NCBI GenBank assembly: GCA_030018435.1
Contig: JASEEY010000001.1
Coordinates: 83,641 to 147,640, forward strand
Direction: 5' to 3'
Origin: Methanocellales archaeon
GTDB lineage: Archaea; Halobacteriota; UBA148; JAUWXC01
Length of the DNA: 64,000 bases
A program made the position numbers and the translations under genes. This document shows positions 28,684 through 39,121 of the stretch, one piece after another (the stretch's first letter is position 1; each line of letters opens with the position of its first letter). The notes below the pieces were generated by a model that made no database searches, was not told the origin of the DNA, and worked only from the letters and a program-made list of their open reading frames with translations.

Positions 28684-29720
28684 GGGTCGTAAAACAAAAA
28701 TTGAGGAGGCAAGAGGGCGAGATAACACTCGTTCCTGATTCGTTGGATGACCTGTGGCATCTCAAGTACATCATAGAACCTAATGATTTGGTGTTCGCGT
28801 TCACGAAGAGGCAGGCCGAGGTCCCGAAAGACAAACTTCGTCCTGAAAAGGTGGAGAAGAAGCCCGTGCGATTGGGCATAAGGGTTGAAGAGGCTACGTT
28901 TCACAGATTTTCCAACCGTTTAAGAGTGAAGGGTGTCATCGAGCACGGCATAGACATAGGAACGCATCATACGCTTAACGTAGCACCTAGCGTAGAGGTT
29001 TCAATCATCAAGCGCTGGAGAGGTGATCAGCTGCAAAGGATCAAAGAGGCCGTTCGAGCTTCTATGCACCCAAAGGTGGCAATCGTCACCATCGAGGAGG
29101 GTGAAGCCTGCATCGGTGTTGTTCGGCAATATGGCGTGGAGACGCTGGCTACTATCAGGGGAACTTCCCTAAAAAGGACAGGTGAAAAAAGCGAGTTCTT
29201 CAGCAGTATCGCTCGCCAGCTTGGGCACATGGAGGATGTGCGGTTCATCATTGCAGGCCCGGGCTTCATCAAGGAGGATTTTTTGGGATTTCTCAAGCAG
29301 CATCATTCTGAAATTGCAAAAAGAGCAGGGTTAGAGACCACCTCATCCATAGGCATGTCCGGTTTTCAGGAGGTGCTCCGCAGGGGCGCTGTGGATAGAA
29401 TAATAGAGGAGGCGCATATCGCTAAAGAGGCGAAACTGATGGAGATGTTACTTGTGGAAATTGCCAAAGATGGAAAAGCAACGTATGGCATGGATGATGT
29501 GAGAAAAGCAATGGAGTACGGTGCAATAGAGACGTTGTTAATTGCAGATGAGATGTTGAGGAGCGCAAAGGAACGTGACTATCTTGATACGTTTCTAAAG
29601 GATGTGGAGAAGGCTAGGGGCAAAATCGTGGTCTTCAGCACGGAATTTGAGCCTGGAAAAAAACTGCAATCGCTGGGAGGTATTGCAGCGCTGCTGCGCT
29701 TTTCAATCGAGTACGCGTAG
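28680..29720 (+). CDS. pelA: Pelota/Dom34 (mRNA surveillance, ribosome rescue)
   Basis: eRF1-like three-domain architecture, 346 aa, with conserved Pelota motifs (…FIIAGPGF…). Confidence 0.85.
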   Translation: MRVVKQKLRRQEGEITLVPDSLDDLWHLKYIIEPNDLVFAFTKRQAEVPKDKLRPEKVEKKPVRLGIRVEEATFHRFSNRLRVKGVIEHGIDIGTHHTLNVAPSVEVSIIKRWRGDQLQRIKEAVRASMHPKVAIVTIEEGEACIGVVRQYGVETLATIRGTSLKRTGEKSEFFSSIARQLGHMEDVRFIIAGPGFIKEDFLGFLKQHHSEIAKRAGLETTSSIGMSGFQEVLRRGAVDRIIEEAHIAKEAKLMEMLLVEIAKDGKATYGMDDVRKAMEYGAIETLLIADEMLRSAKERDYLDTFLKDVEKARGKIVVFSTEFEPGKKLQSLGGIAALLRFSIEYA

Positions 29721-29762
29721 CTTAAACTAACGTGTACGCGTAGCTTAAACTAACGTGTACGC
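29711..29762. repeat. 23-bp tandem direct repeat (2.2 copies), gtacgcgtagcttaaactaacgt, overlapping the pelA stop codon
   Basis: Two perfect copies plus a partial third. The repeat contains the TACGCGTAGCTTAAAC motif that recurs at about 57.0 kb and 59.42 kb. Confidence 0.8.
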
Positions 29763-29823
29763 CGATGAATTTATGAAAACTTACATCATTATTCCCTAAC
29801 AGATAACATCGCGAGGGATGTGA

Positions 29824-30837
29824 ATGGTTAACGTGGCAATAAATGGTTATGGTACCATAGGCAAAAGGGTAGCGGACGCTGTAGCAGCGCAGGATGACAT
29901 GCACGTTGTGGGCGTCACAAAGACAAAGCCCGACTTCGAGGCAAAATTGGCAATCGAAAAGGGATATGACTTATATGCTGCGATTCCTGAAAAGCAAGAC
30001 GATTTTAAGAGCGCTGGTGTCAACATAGTTGGAACGATTCACGATTTGTTGAAACGTGCGGACATCGTTGTGGACTGCTCGCCTGGTGGCATCGGTGCGG
30101 AGAACAAGCCGATGTATGAAAAAGCAGGAGTAAAAGCAATTTTTGAGGGCGGCGAAAAGCACGATGTCGCAGGATTCTCATTCAATGCAATGTGTAATTA
30201 TGACAAGGCCATAGGGCGGGATTTTGTCAGGGTGGTGTCCTGTAACACCACCGGCATTTGCAGGGTTCTTCACCCCTTGGACAAGGCGTTTGGTGTGGAG
30301 AAGGCAAGAGTAGTTCTGGCCAGGCGTGCAACCGATCCTGCTGACATCAAGAAAGGTCCTATTAATGCAATCGTTCCAGACCCTGTGAAATTGCCATCGC
30401 ATCACGGGCCTGATGTGCAGACAGTTCTACCGCGCATAAACATCACGACGCTTGCCATAAAAGTGCCGACAACGATCATGCATCTGCACATGCTGAATAT
30501 GAAGCTTAAGAACACCCCAGAGCCAGATGACGTTCGAGATATCTTGGGGAAGGCGCCCAGGATACGATTTGTAAGGGCATCAGATGGGATAACATCAACC
30601 GCATCCGTCATCGAGTTGGGCAGAGACTTATGCCGCCCTAGATACGATTTGTGGGAGAACTGCATCTGGGAAGATTCGATCAGCATAAACGATGGCGAGC
30701 TGTACTTCTTCCAGGCGATTCACCAGGAATCGATTGTGATACCAGAGAACGTTGATGCCATCAGGGCGATGATGACGCTGGAGAAAGATGCGCAGAAATC
30801 GATTCAAAAAACGAACAAAGCGATGGGCATCGCATGA
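29824..30837 (+). CDS. gap: Glyceraldehyde-3-phosphate dehydrogenase, archaeal type
   Basis: INGYGTIGKRVA Rossmann motif and SCNTTG active-site region; 337 aa. Confidence 0.9.
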   Translation: MVNVAINGYGTIGKRVADAVAAQDDMHVVGVTKTKPDFEAKLAIEKGYDLYAAIPEKQDDFKSAGVNIVGTIHDLLKRADIVVDCSPGGIGAENKPMYEKAGVKAIFEGGEKHDVAGFSFNAMCNYDKAIGRDFVRVVSCNTTGICRVLHPLDKAFGVEKARVVLARRATDPADIKKGPINAIVPDPVKLPSHHGPDVQTVLPRINITTLAIKVPTTIMHLHMLNMKLKNTPEPDDVRDILGKAPRIRFVRASDGITSTASVIELGRDLCRPRYDLWENCIWEDSISINDGELYFFQAIHQESIVIPENVDAIRAMMTLEKDAQKSIQKTNKAMGIA

Positions 30838-31262
30838 AGACATTGGTGGTCGCGCACTGCTTGCTCAATCCAACGGTGCGAATTGGTGAGGGTGCTAAGC
30901 TCAAGGTTAGTGGGCCAGTAATACAGTTACCGTGCCCGGAAACGATATATCTCGGGCTGAGCCGCTGGGAGGTGACGAAAAATCAGCTGGACATCCCAGA
31001 GTACAGGGAGTTCTGTCGCAAGTTGTTCAAACCATATGCGGATATGATACAGCAACTGGTCGAAAGAGGTGCAGACGTTGAACTCATCGGAGTGGCAAAA
31101 AGCCCTTCTTGTGGCGCCGAGCTAACAAGCACAGGATATCCTGGTGGGAAAATTGCGATCCACAAACACGAGCATGTGAGCGGTAAAGGCATCTTTTTCG
31201 AAGAGATAGAGGCGGAGCTGAACAGGAGAGGCATCGAACTAAAGTTCAGGGATTTTAAATGA
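30834..31262 (+). CDS. DUF523 family protein
   Basis: HCLLN…LPCPE Cys pattern typical of DUF523; 142 aa. Confidence 0.45.
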   Translation: MKTLVVAHCLLNPTVRIGEGAKLKVSGPVIQLPCPETIYLGLSRWEVTKNQLDIPEYREFCRKLFKPYADMIQQLVERGADVELIGVAKSPSCGAELTSTGYPGGKIAIHKHEHVSGKGIFFEEIEAELNRRGIELKFRDFK

Positions 31263-31537
31263 CCAAAATACGCGCTGAGATTCTCATCTCAGGAGCGGTT
31301 CAAATGGTGGGTTTTCGCTCCTTCACAGCACGACACGCGTCTGCTTTGGGCCTGACGGGATATGTCAGAAATCTGAATGATGGATGTGTTGAAGTCATTG
31401 TGGAGGGAGATGAAGGTAGGGTTGACGACTTAATCTCATTGTTGCGGGAGGGGCCACCGATGGCGCGTGTTACGGATGTGAAAGCCATAAAGAGGGCATA
31501 TACTGGCGAATTTCATCGTTTTGATATCAAGTTTTAA
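31259..31537 (+). CDS. acyP: Acylphosphatase
   Basis: VQMVGFRSF…GYVRNLNDGCVEV acylphosphatase signatures; 92 aa. Confidence 0.85.
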   Translation: MTKIRAEILISGAVQMVGFRSFTARHASALGLTGYVRNLNDGCVEVIVEGDEGRVDDLISLLREGPPMARVTDVKAIKRAYTGEFHRFDIKF

Positions 31538-31570
31538 TATGTGCGCTGGATAGAATATGATGAGCACATC

Positions 31571-32410
31571 ATGAAAACAAAGGTATATACCATCGCTTCT
31601 GGCAAGGGTGGCACAGGAAAAACGACGACCGTGATAAATCTCGGTGTTGCCCTTGCAGCATTGTATTCTCGTTATTTTGAGAGGGCAAAAGTCATCATGG
31701 TAGACGCCGATGTCGGCATGGCTAATATGGGACTGGCACTTGGGTTGGAGGAGTGCCTGCCTACGTTGCACGAAGTGTTAGCTGGAAAGGCGAATGTAAA
31801 AGGTGCGATATATGATGGACCTAGTGGGGTAAAAGTCGTGCCAAGCGGCATCTCATTGCAGGGGTCTCAAATATCGTTCAAGAGATTCCCAGATGTTGTC
31901 AAGCAACTTCGCAAGGTGGCTGATTTTGTACTGATTGATGCGCCGCCAGGAATGAGCAAGGAGTGCATGGCGCCGTTAAGGGTGGCAGACGGTATATTCT
32001 TGGTCGTGAATCCAGACCTGGCATCCGTTGTGGACGCCCTGAAAATCAAAACGTTGGCAGAGAGGTATGATAGGGGGGTAGAAGGCGCAATCATCAATAG
32101 GGTTGGCAACAGGAGCGAACTGTCGGTCGAGAAGGTAGAAGAACTGCTGGATCTTGATATTTTACAGGTGGTTCCCGAGGATTCAAAGGTCAGAAAGGCA
32201 TCCATGCTCAGGGTGCCTGTGGTGAGCGATGCACCGAATTCGCCCGCAGCTAAAGCATTTAAGAGATTAGCCACATCTTTGTTTGAAGAGAGATTTGGCA
32301 ATGTTGAAACCCCTTCGGGATTACAACTCTTCCAGTTCTTTAAACTGGAACAGTTGGAGGAAAAGAGTTTTGTCGAAAAACTCAAAGATTTGTTCGTGCG
32401 ACGCTCATAG
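31571..32410 (+). CDS. MinD/ParA-family P-loop ATPase (TadZ/CpaE-like)
   Basis: Deviant Walker A SGKGGTGKTT; about 280 aa; directly upstream of the secretion ATPase. The track ORF starts at 31541. Confidence 0.75.
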   Translation: MKTKVYTIASGKGGTGKTTTVINLGVALAALYSRYFERAKVIMVDADVGMANMGLALGLEECLPTLHEVLAGKANVKGAIYDGPSGVKVVPSGISLQGSQISFKRFPDVVKQLRKVADFVLIDAPPGMSKECMAPLRVADGIFLVVNPDLASVVDALKIKTLAERYDRGVEGAIINRVGNRSELSVEKVEELLDLDILQVVPEDSKVRKASMLRVPVVSDAPNSPAAKAFKRLATSLFEERFGNVETPSGLQLFQFFKLEQLEEKSFVEKLKDLFVRRS

Positions 32411-32413
32411 TAT

Positions 32414-34228
32414 GTGGTGGTGAAGGTGGCAAAGAAAAAAAAGAAAGGACGCAAAAAGGCAGCGGAGATCTCGCGGGAGACGTTGGAGAGGTTGATAGCG
32501 CCGAAGGTCGAGGTTTCAAAAAGGGCTAAGGTGAGCGAAGAGATTGAGACTATATGGAAAAAGGCGTTGAAAGAAGGCAAAATGGCCAAAAAAGGACCGA
32601 TCGCGCCCCATGCCAAAGTGGCAAGGGTCAAGACAGTAGAGCGCAAACCGTGGCTGTGGCGCATACGCGAGCGCATATCCAGAAGACCGGTGGAGGAGAC
32701 GTACGATTCAAAAAAACACGGTCCACTGGTCGACTTGGGTATGCCAAAAGATGTTTCGTATGAAGCGATTGATGTGTACCCTGTTAACGAGCCCTATGCC
32801 TATATAAGGGTCGCATGTGAGCCGGCTACACATGAACATCATTACCAAGTTCTTGAGCCAAAGTTGAGCAGGAGCGAGCAAAAATTGCTCGAGGATATAC
32901 GAACCAAGTTAGTCGAGGCGTTGGACGTTGATCTAAGAACGCTCGAAGAAGAAGGTGCTCGCTTATACCTGAAAAATAGCACGAACAAGACCCTGGATGA
33001 GTATCGCATAGAGCTCGGCCCAGTCTCAAGGGAGAAGATCATGTATTACATAATGCGCGAGTTCCTGGGTTATGGTAAAATCGATGCCATAATGAGAGAC
33101 CCCGGGATAGAGGATATCTCCTGCGATGGTCCGGGCATCCCCATTTTCGTGTATCATAAAAAGTACGAGTCCGTCAAAACCAATGTGATATTTGAGGACG
33201 AGGATGAATTGGATTCCTTCATCATCAAGGTAGCCCAGGTCTGCGGGAGACACATATCCATCGCCGATCCGCTGATGGAAGGAACGCTGCCAGGCGGCTC
33301 ACGGGTACAGTTAACGCTGGGCAAAGAAATCACCACTAAAGGAAGCACGTTTACCGTCAGGAAATTCAGGGAAAGTCCTTTTACACCGCCAGACCTCATC
33401 GATTTCAATACTTTTCCAGTTGGAGCGATTGCATATCTCTGGCTGGCTGTGGAAAACAATAAAAGCATCATCTTCGCTGGCGGCACCGCCTCAGGCAAAA
33501 CATCTACGCTCAATGCTGTAGCGTTGTTCATTCCTCCTGAGATGAAGATCGTCTCGATTGAAGATACCAGGGAATTAAATTTACCACATCCGAACTGGAT
33601 TCCAGGCGTTACGAGGGAGACAGCAGGGGAGGTGGTTGGTGCAATCGATATGTATGAACTACTTCGCTCTGCATTGCGACAGAGACCGGAGTTCTTGATC
33701 CTTGGCGAGGTCAGAGGCAAGGAGGCATACGTGCTATTTCAGGCGATGGCCACCGGCCATACCACATTCTCGACGATGCACGCAGATTCTGTATCCTCGG
33801 TAGTACATAGGCTGGAGAATCCACCGATCAATATTCCACGGATACTGCTCAAATCGCTGGACATAATCAGCGTTCAGGCTCAGGCTAGAGTAGGTGGCAA
33901 GAGGGTGCGGAGAATGAAAACGCTAACTGAGATCATTGGCGTGGACGCAAGAACCGGCGAGTTGCTAACCAACGAAGTCTTCCGATGGATTCCTTCATCT
34001 GATGAGTTCGAATATACTGGTCGCTCCTATGTTTTGGAGGACATAATGAAGGAGCACTCCTGGGATGAAAAAGAGTTGATGGAGGAGTTAAAAAGGCGCC
34101 AAGACATATTGGAATGGATAAGGAAAAAGGGCATAACGCACTATGAAGATGTGGCGAAGATAGTGGTCACGTATTACGGGGAGCCCGAAAAACTGATGAA
34201 AACGATCAGGCGGGATGTGCGTGGTTAA
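32414..34228 (+). CDS. Type IV filament assembly ATPase (TadA/CpaF/FlaI-like, GspE superfamily) with a Lys-rich N-terminal extension
   Basis: Walker A FAGGTASGKTSTLNA, an Asp box and a His box (ATGHTTFSTMHAD). GTG start. The N-terminal ~100 aa are Lys/Arg-rich. Confidence 0.8.
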   Translation: MVVKVAKKKKKGRKKAAEISRETLERLIAPKVEVSKRAKVSEEIETIWKKALKEGKMAKKGPIAPHAKVARVKTVERKPWLWRIRERISRRPVEETYDSKKHGPLVDLGMPKDVSYEAIDVYPVNEPYAYIRVACEPATHEHHYQVLEPKLSRSEQKLLEDIRTKLVEALDVDLRTLEEEGARLYLKNSTNKTLDEYRIELGPVSREKIMYYIMREFLGYGKIDAIMRDPGIEDISCDGPGIPIFVYHKKYESVKTNVIFEDEDELDSFIIKVAQVCGRHISIADPLMEGTLPGGSRVQLTLGKEITTKGSTFTVRKFRESPFTPPDLIDFNTFPVGAIAYLWLAVENNKSIIFAGGTASGKTSTLNAVALFIPPEMKIVSIEDTRELNLPHPNWIPGVTRETAGEVVGAIDMYELLRSALRQRPEFLILGEVRGKEAYVLFQAMATGHTTFSTMHADSVSSVVHRLENPPINIPRILLKSLDIISVQAQARVGGKRVRRMKTLTEIIGVDARTGELLTNEVFRWIPSSDEFEYTGRSYVLEDIMKEHSWDEKELMEELKRRQDILEWIRKKGITHYEDVAKIVVTYYGEPEKLMKTIRRDVRG

Positions 34229-35081
34229 TGTCCTTCAAACGTTTGCATATGGTATATTGGGCGACCGGCTCAAGTCGCATAGGGAAAAGTACTACGGACT
34301 TCGGCTGGACATATTAAAAGCAAGGATGAAAACCACGTTCGAAATGTATCTCGCCACCACTTTAGTATGCGCCGTTCTGATTGGAGCTGTGAGCACCGTC
34401 ATCACAATTACAATTGTATACGGCTTCGCCTCCCTCAACATAATTACTGCCAGCCTCTCCATCCTCGTCGGCATCGGATTTTCCATGTTAACATATCTCG
34501 GCTTTTTGATATATCCTTCTTTAGTGGCCGCTAGACGTGGAAGACATATTGATGCAACGCTGCCATACGCCATCAACTACATCGCCGCCATGGCAGGGGC
34601 AAAGGTCATACCTGCAGATGTCTTTCGCTCGCTGGCAAGGGCAGACATATATGGGGACATCGCCGTCGAAGCGAGATATATCGTCAGGGACATCGACCTG
34701 TTCGGGCGTGATTTGAATACCGCTATAAAGAACATCGCTGCGACCACACCATCTCTACGCTTACAGGAGTTTTTGTATGGTGTGATCACGACGAGTACGT
34801 CTGGCGGCGAGCTTGAGCCATATTTTAGGATCAAGGCTGAGGTGTATACCAGCGAGAACAGGCGGGCACAGAAGGAGTTCATCGAAACCCTGGGCTTCAT
34901 CGGCGAGATGTATGTGGCAGCATTCGTAGCCGGACCCCTACTTCTCATCATCATGTTGTCCGTCATTTTGATGTTGAGTGGTGCCCCCCCTACGCTTTTA
35001 TATCTAATCGCATATCTCCTCATCCCATTGGGGGCGCTCATTACAATATTTGCGACCAAGATGGCCGCTCCGAGTGCGTGA
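34215..35081 (+). CDS. Type IV filament membrane platform protein, T2SSF domain (TadB-like)
   Basis: Single T2SSF-like domain with 3 TM segments, immediately downstream of the ATPase. Confidence 0.6.
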   Translation: MCVVNVLQTFAYGILGDRLKSHREKYYGLRLDILKARMKTTFEMYLATTLVCAVLIGAVSTVITITIVYGFASLNIITASLSILVGIGFSMLTYLGFLIYPSLVAARRGRHIDATLPYAINYIAAMAGAKVIPADVFRSLARADIYGDIAVEARYIVRDIDLFGRDLNTAIKNIAATTPSLRLQEFLYGVITTSTSGGELEPYFRIKAEVYTSENRRAQKEFIETLGFIGEMYVAAFVAGPLLLIIMLSVILMLSGAPPTLLYLIAYLLIPLGALITIFATKMAAPSA

Positions 35082-35952
35082 TAAGATGAACTTCAATCTT
35101 GTTAAAAAGATCAAGGCGATTCCTACGGAAAATCCCCTCTATGCGATGATTCTCAGCATACCCGCTGCCATAATATTCCTTCTCTCTGGCTTGCACGCGT
35201 ACTGGAATACGCCTCTCGTCGACGATGTGGTCATTTTTACCGTGCTCATTGCAGTTACGCCGCCCGGTTTTGCGCAATATTATCGATATGTGCGCATAGG
35301 GAGAATCGAAGAATGCTTCCCGGATTTCATAAGAGATCTAGCTGAGATCAAGCGATCCGGAACGATGCTTCCCAGGGGCTTGAGGGCTGTGGCAAAGGGC
35401 GAATATGGTGCTCTAACCCCCGAGATAAAGAAAATGGATGCGATGGTGTCATGGGGCATCCCGTTTGAAGAGGCGCTGAAGGACTTTGCCAAAAGGGTAA
35501 AAACGCCGTTGGTCACGCGAACCGTTTCGCTAATCATCCAAGCCGAGAGAGCAGGGGCAAACGTTCCAGACATACTGGAGGTGGCTGCGAAAGATGCCAG
35601 GGAGATCAAGGCATTGGAAGATGAACGGCGCGGTAGTATGGCCATATACGTTGCGATATGTTATCTAGCGTCTTTCGTCTTTCTTTTTGTCATCATGATT
35701 CTATCGGCTTTTTTCTTGCCAGTAATGTCCGAAGCAGGGGCATCTATCGGGGGGGCCGGGGGAATTTTCCTCAGGGAGTTTGATCCAATGGTGTATACGA
35801 GGCTGTTCTTCCACACAGCAATCATTCAAGCGTTCGCATCAGGACTCGTTGCTGGCCAGATGGGCGAGGGCGAGATCACTGCTGGGTTAAAACATTCTGT
35901 AATTCTCATACTTATCGTATATGGAGCATTTGTGTTCATGCAATACGTTTGA
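35050..35952 (+). CDS. Type IV filament membrane platform protein, T2SSF domain (TadC-like)
   Basis: Second T2SSF-like domain protein. It overlaps the previous gene by 32 nt in another frame. Confidence 0.6.
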   Translation: MRPRWPLRVRDKMNFNLVKKIKAIPTENPLYAMILSIPAAIIFLLSGLHAYWNTPLVDDVVIFTVLIAVTPPGFAQYYRYVRIGRIEECFPDFIRDLAEIKRSGTMLPRGLRAVAKGEYGALTPEIKKMDAMVSWGIPFEEALKDFAKRVKTPLVTRTVSLIIQAERAGANVPDILEVAAKDAREIKALEDERRGSMAIYVAICYLASFVFLFVIMILSAFFLPVMSEAGASIGGAGGIFLREFDPMVYTRLFFHTAIIQAFASGLVAGQMGEGEITAGLKHSVILILIVYGAFVFMQYV

Positions 35953-37150
35953 TGACCTCGCTCAGTGTCAATAACTCCTGTTCGCCCGTCTTCATGTCTT
36001 TGAGCGTTACCCTTCCCGCTTGCAGTTCTTTTGGTCCCACGATGACTGCATGCGAAGCTCCAATTGCGTTGGCATATGATAGCTGGGCGGTGATGCTCCG
36101 CCCCATCACATCGACGTATGTCGGTATATGCTCTCTCAGGGAAAGTGCAATCTTGAGCGCATCCTTTCTCGTCTCATCTCTTGTTATGACGACGACTCTC
36201 TTTTGAGCCCCCATCTTTACATCCAGCGCCTCGACGACCCTGTCAAAACCGAAGGCGAAGCCCGTAGCGGGTACATCCTCTCCATCCAGCAGATGCGCCA
36301 GGCGATACGCCCCTCCACCGCATATCTGATTCTGCGCACCCAGATTTTTCGCGTATATTTCGAACACCATGCCGGTATAATATTCCAGACCTCTGGCGAT
36401 GCCAAAATCGGTCTTGTATCTGACACCGAGCGCATTCAGTATCTCCAACACATTTTCAAACTGTCGCAACTCAGAAACATCTCCGACGATCTCGCGCGCC
36501 TCATCGACATTCTTGCTCTTTATCAGAGCTAGAAGCGCATCCTTTAATGTGGCATCCCTGTCTTTCAAGAGTTTCACAAGCCCCTGCCTATCCTTTTTAT
36601 CGATGCACCTCATGGCTGCGCGTTGCACTTCCGGCGCTAACGAGCGCATGAGTCCTCTGAGCACGCCCAAGTGCCCAATGTGCAAATCTCCCTTGAGCCC
36701 TATTTCATCCAGCATGGTGGACGCAAGTGCGATGACCTCGGCATCTGCCTCCGGCCTATCGCTGCCTATGAGCTCAACCCCGAAATGCCAGAACTCCCTG
36801 AAGCGGGCCTTCTGGGGTCGCTCGTATCTGAAGCAGTTTCCAAAATAATAAAATCTGAGCGGCTTTGGCTTTTTCTGAAGCTTGTTTACATACATTCTAA
36901 TTACGGGCGCGGTCAATTCCGGGCGGAGCGCCAGCGCCCTTCCGCCTTTATCCTTGAACTCGTAAATCTCCTCCACGATTGCCTCGCCGGACTTGATGGT
37001 GAACAATTTCAGGTCCTCAAAGGTCGGCGTTTGAATCTCCTGGTACCCCCAGCGTTCTGCAATCTCTCGCATTTTGCATTCAATCAAACGCCTCTTTGCC
37101 ATGTCCAGGGGTAAAAAATCGCGTGTCCCTCTCGGTCTCTGGACCTTCAT
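35936..37150 (-). CDS. hisS: Histidyl-tRNA synthetase
   Basis: Class II motifs (…RGTRDFLP…, [20 protein letters not shown]). Start taken at MKVQRPRG, in an ATGA overlap with the upstream gene; the track ORF runs to 37243. Confidence 0.9.
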   Translation of the reverse strand: MKVQRPRGTRDFLPLDMAKRRLIECKMREIAERWGYQEIQTPTFEDLKLFTIKSGEAIVEEIYEFKDKGGRALALRPELTAPVIRMYVNKLQKKPKPLRFYYFGNCFRYERPQKARFREFWHFGVELIGSDRPEADAEVIALASTMLDEIGLKGDLHIGHLGVLRGLMRSLAPEVQRAAMRCIDKKDRQGLVKLLKDRDATLKDALLALIKSKNVDEAREIVGDVSELRQFENVLEILNALGVRYKTDFGIARGLEYYTGMVFEIYAKNLGAQNQICGGGAYRLAHLLDGEDVPATGFAFGFDRVVEALDVKMGAQKRVVVITRDETRKDALKIALSLREHIPTYVDVMGRSITAQLSYANAIGASHAVIVGPKELQAGRVTLKDMKTGEQELLTLSEVIKRIA

Positions 37151-37830
37151 TTCTTGCCCTCTCGAACCCGCCTCAGGTACTCGTTTATCATCGCCGGAAA
37201 TGATGTTGCATCGACGTATCTCAGTCCCAGCCGCTCGGCCCATTTTCTGATGCCGTGGTCGGCTGCCACCACGGCTGCATCCAGTTCTTTTGCCAGAAGC
37301 AGAACGTCGATGTCAGGTGTGCTGTCCAGGATTCCATAGCGCAGCGCGTTCCTGTACTTGTTCCTGAACTTGGAAATGTTACCGCCGATGACCTCGCGCT
37401 CGATTTTTTCTTCTATATCCTTTTTGCTCTTGGCCTTCGTTTTCGCGAGCAGGCATTCTCTGGCTGCGTCCCTTATCGCCTCTTCGGCGACGACCATGCC
37501 CTTGTTAATCCTGCTCCGCATGTAGTCGACATAATCGTGAAATATCTCGGCGGGAATCTTCACCTCAAAACGGTCAGGGGTCTTCTTGACCAGCCAGGTA
37601 TCGATCTTCGACAATAACTCTTCTCCCGCATCCTGCCGCCTGGCGATGTCCCTTATCTCGCTGTACACGGTGGGATATGGCACGTAGCAGCTTATCTCCA
37701 GGTGCAGCCTGGCCTCGGCGATGATATCCAGAATGGCGCTCATGCCATCATACAGGGAGGCGTAACCTTCTTTCTTTCGCGTCTGAACATCGGTCAGCGC
37801 TGTCGTGTCCAGCACAAATCGCTGTCGCAT
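37147..37830 (-). CDS. PIN-domain-containing conserved archaeal protein (COG1458-like)
   Basis: An N-terminal [17 protein letters not shown]-like acidic motif; about 228 aa from MRQRF. The track ORF starts at 37914. Confidence 0.4.
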   Translation of the reverse strand: MRQRFVLDTTALTDVQTRKKEGYASLYDGMSAILDIIAEARLHLEISCYVPYPTVYSEIRDIARRQDAGEELLSKIDTWLVKKTPDRFEVKIPAEIFHDYVDYMRSRINKGMVVAEEAIRDAARECLLAKTKAKSKKDIEEKIEREVIGGNISKFRNKYRNALRYGILDSTPDIDVLLLAKELDAAVVAADHGIRKWAERLGLRYVDATSFPAMINEYLRRVREGKK

Positions 37831-37925
37831 GTTTGTTACCCCTATGACGTTATTTATAACTACGCGTATATCATTTAATACTTCTTCCAAAGAAGATATT
37901 AGTGAGTCGAACATAGTAGGTAGCG

Positions 37926-38684
37926 ATGTGTCTAAGGGACATACTCAGCAGGGTAAAAAACGGCGACATGGACCTCATCGAGGCAGAGAAACAGATAAGG
38001 CTCTATGGGTATCAGAGCGTTGGCAAAATCGCCAAACTTGACGCGTGTAGAATGGCAAGGATTGGCGTACCAGAGGTAATTTTGGCAGAGGGGAAGAACG
38101 CAGAAGACCTCATGGACATAGCCATGGCTCAATTGAAGTCAGAGGGAAGGGCTATCATCACGAGGGTATCGGACGAGCAGCTGGGCGCGCTACGAAAAGC
38201 ATCCAAGGTGGAATGGCATCCACATGCAAGGGTAGCAATTCTTCGGAAAAAGAAGAAGTCCTCTACAGACGGGGTTGTAGGCATCATCGCTGCGGGAACC
38301 GCCGACATCCCGGTCGCCGAAGAAGCCAGGATCATCGCGGAAGAGATGGGCTGTAAAGTCATCACCGCATACGATGTGGGTGTTGCGGGCATTCATCGAC
38401 TCTTTTCAGAGTTGAGTAAAATGATCGACGCCGGTGTGGACGCGCTCGTGGTCGCGGCCGGCAGGGAAGGGGCGCTGCCGGCGGTGGTGGCAGGTCTTGT
38501 GGACGTGCCGGTTATCGGTCTTCCTGTATCTACGGGATATGGCGCTGGCGGTAGTGGCGAAGCCGCTTTACTATCAATGCTCCAGTCGTGCTCGGTACTT
38601 TCAGTGGTGAACATCGACGCTGGCTTTGTCGCAGGAGCGTTCGCCGCGAAAATCGCCAACAAGGCAAGAGAGGACAAAAAATGA
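37926..38684 (+). CDS. PurE-like (AIR carboxylase family) protein, LarB-like
   Basis: PurE fold ([16 protein letters not shown]…) with a ~100-aa N-terminal extension typical of LarB-type proteins. Confidence 0.55.
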   Translation: MCLRDILSRVKNGDMDLIEAEKQIRLYGYQSVGKIAKLDACRMARIGVPEVILAEGKNAEDLMDIAMAQLKSEGRAIITRVSDEQLGALRKASKVEWHPHARVAILRKKKKSSTDGVVGIIAAGTADIPVAEEARIIAEEMGCKVITAYDVGVAGIHRLFSELSKMIDAGVDALVVAAGREGALPAVVAGLVDVPVIGLPVSTGYGAGGSGEAALLSMLQSCSVLSVVNIDAGFVAGAFAAKIANKAREDKK

Positions 38685-39121
38685 GGCCTACTGTGGATGA
38701 ATACTTCATGGAGATAGCATCTGTGGTGGCAAAAAGGTCCACATGTTTAAGAAATCAGGTTGGGGCGGTGATCGTAAGAGACAAACGAATCCTTGCAACC
38801 GGCTACAATGGCGCTCCCAGAGGACTGGCACACTGCCTCGACATTGGATGCATCAGGGAGCTGAACGAGATTCCGTCCGGAGAGCGCCATGAATTGTGCA
38901 GGGCGGTCCACGCAGAGCAGAACGCGATACTGCAGGCGGCCATCCACGGCGTGAGCACGGAGGATGCAACCATCTACTGCACCCACCAGCCGTGCATCCT
39001 GTGCGCCAAGATGATGATAAACGCGGGAATAAAGAAGGTCGTCTTCGCAAACCAGTATCCAGACACGGAGGCGCTTGAATTTTTAAAACAGGCCCATGTT
39101 GATGTTGTGAGGTTTGGGTAG
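38681..39121 (+). CDS. dcd: dCMP deaminase (cytidine/deoxycytidylate deaminase family)
   Basis: HAEQNAI and [13 protein letters not shown] zinc motifs. ATGA overlap with the upstream gene. Its last ~85 bp is repeated twice downstream. Confidence 0.85.
   Translation: MRPTVDEYFMEIASVVAKRSTCLRNQVGAVIVRDKRILATGYNGAPRGLAHCLDIGCIRELNEIPSGERHELCRAVHAEQNAILQAAIHGVSTEDATIYCTHQPCILCAKMMINAGIKKVVFANQYPDTEALEFLKQAHVDVVRFG
39037..39121. repeat. Direct repeat copy 1 (native 3' end of dcd, 85 bp)
   Basis: ggtcgtcttcgcaaaccagtatccagacacggaggcgcttgaatttttaaaacaggcccatgttgatgttgtgaggtttgggtagg. Confidence 0.9.

Noticed and set aside
34215-35952. Possibility that the two T2SSF-domain ORFs are one frameshifted FlaJ/PilC gene.
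   Set aside because: Unlike the GT4 case there is no visible repeat or indel signature at the 32-nt overlap. Both ORFs have their own plausible N-termini. Bacterial Tad systems naturally have separate TadB and TadC. I treat them as two genes but flag the alternative within the Tad finding.
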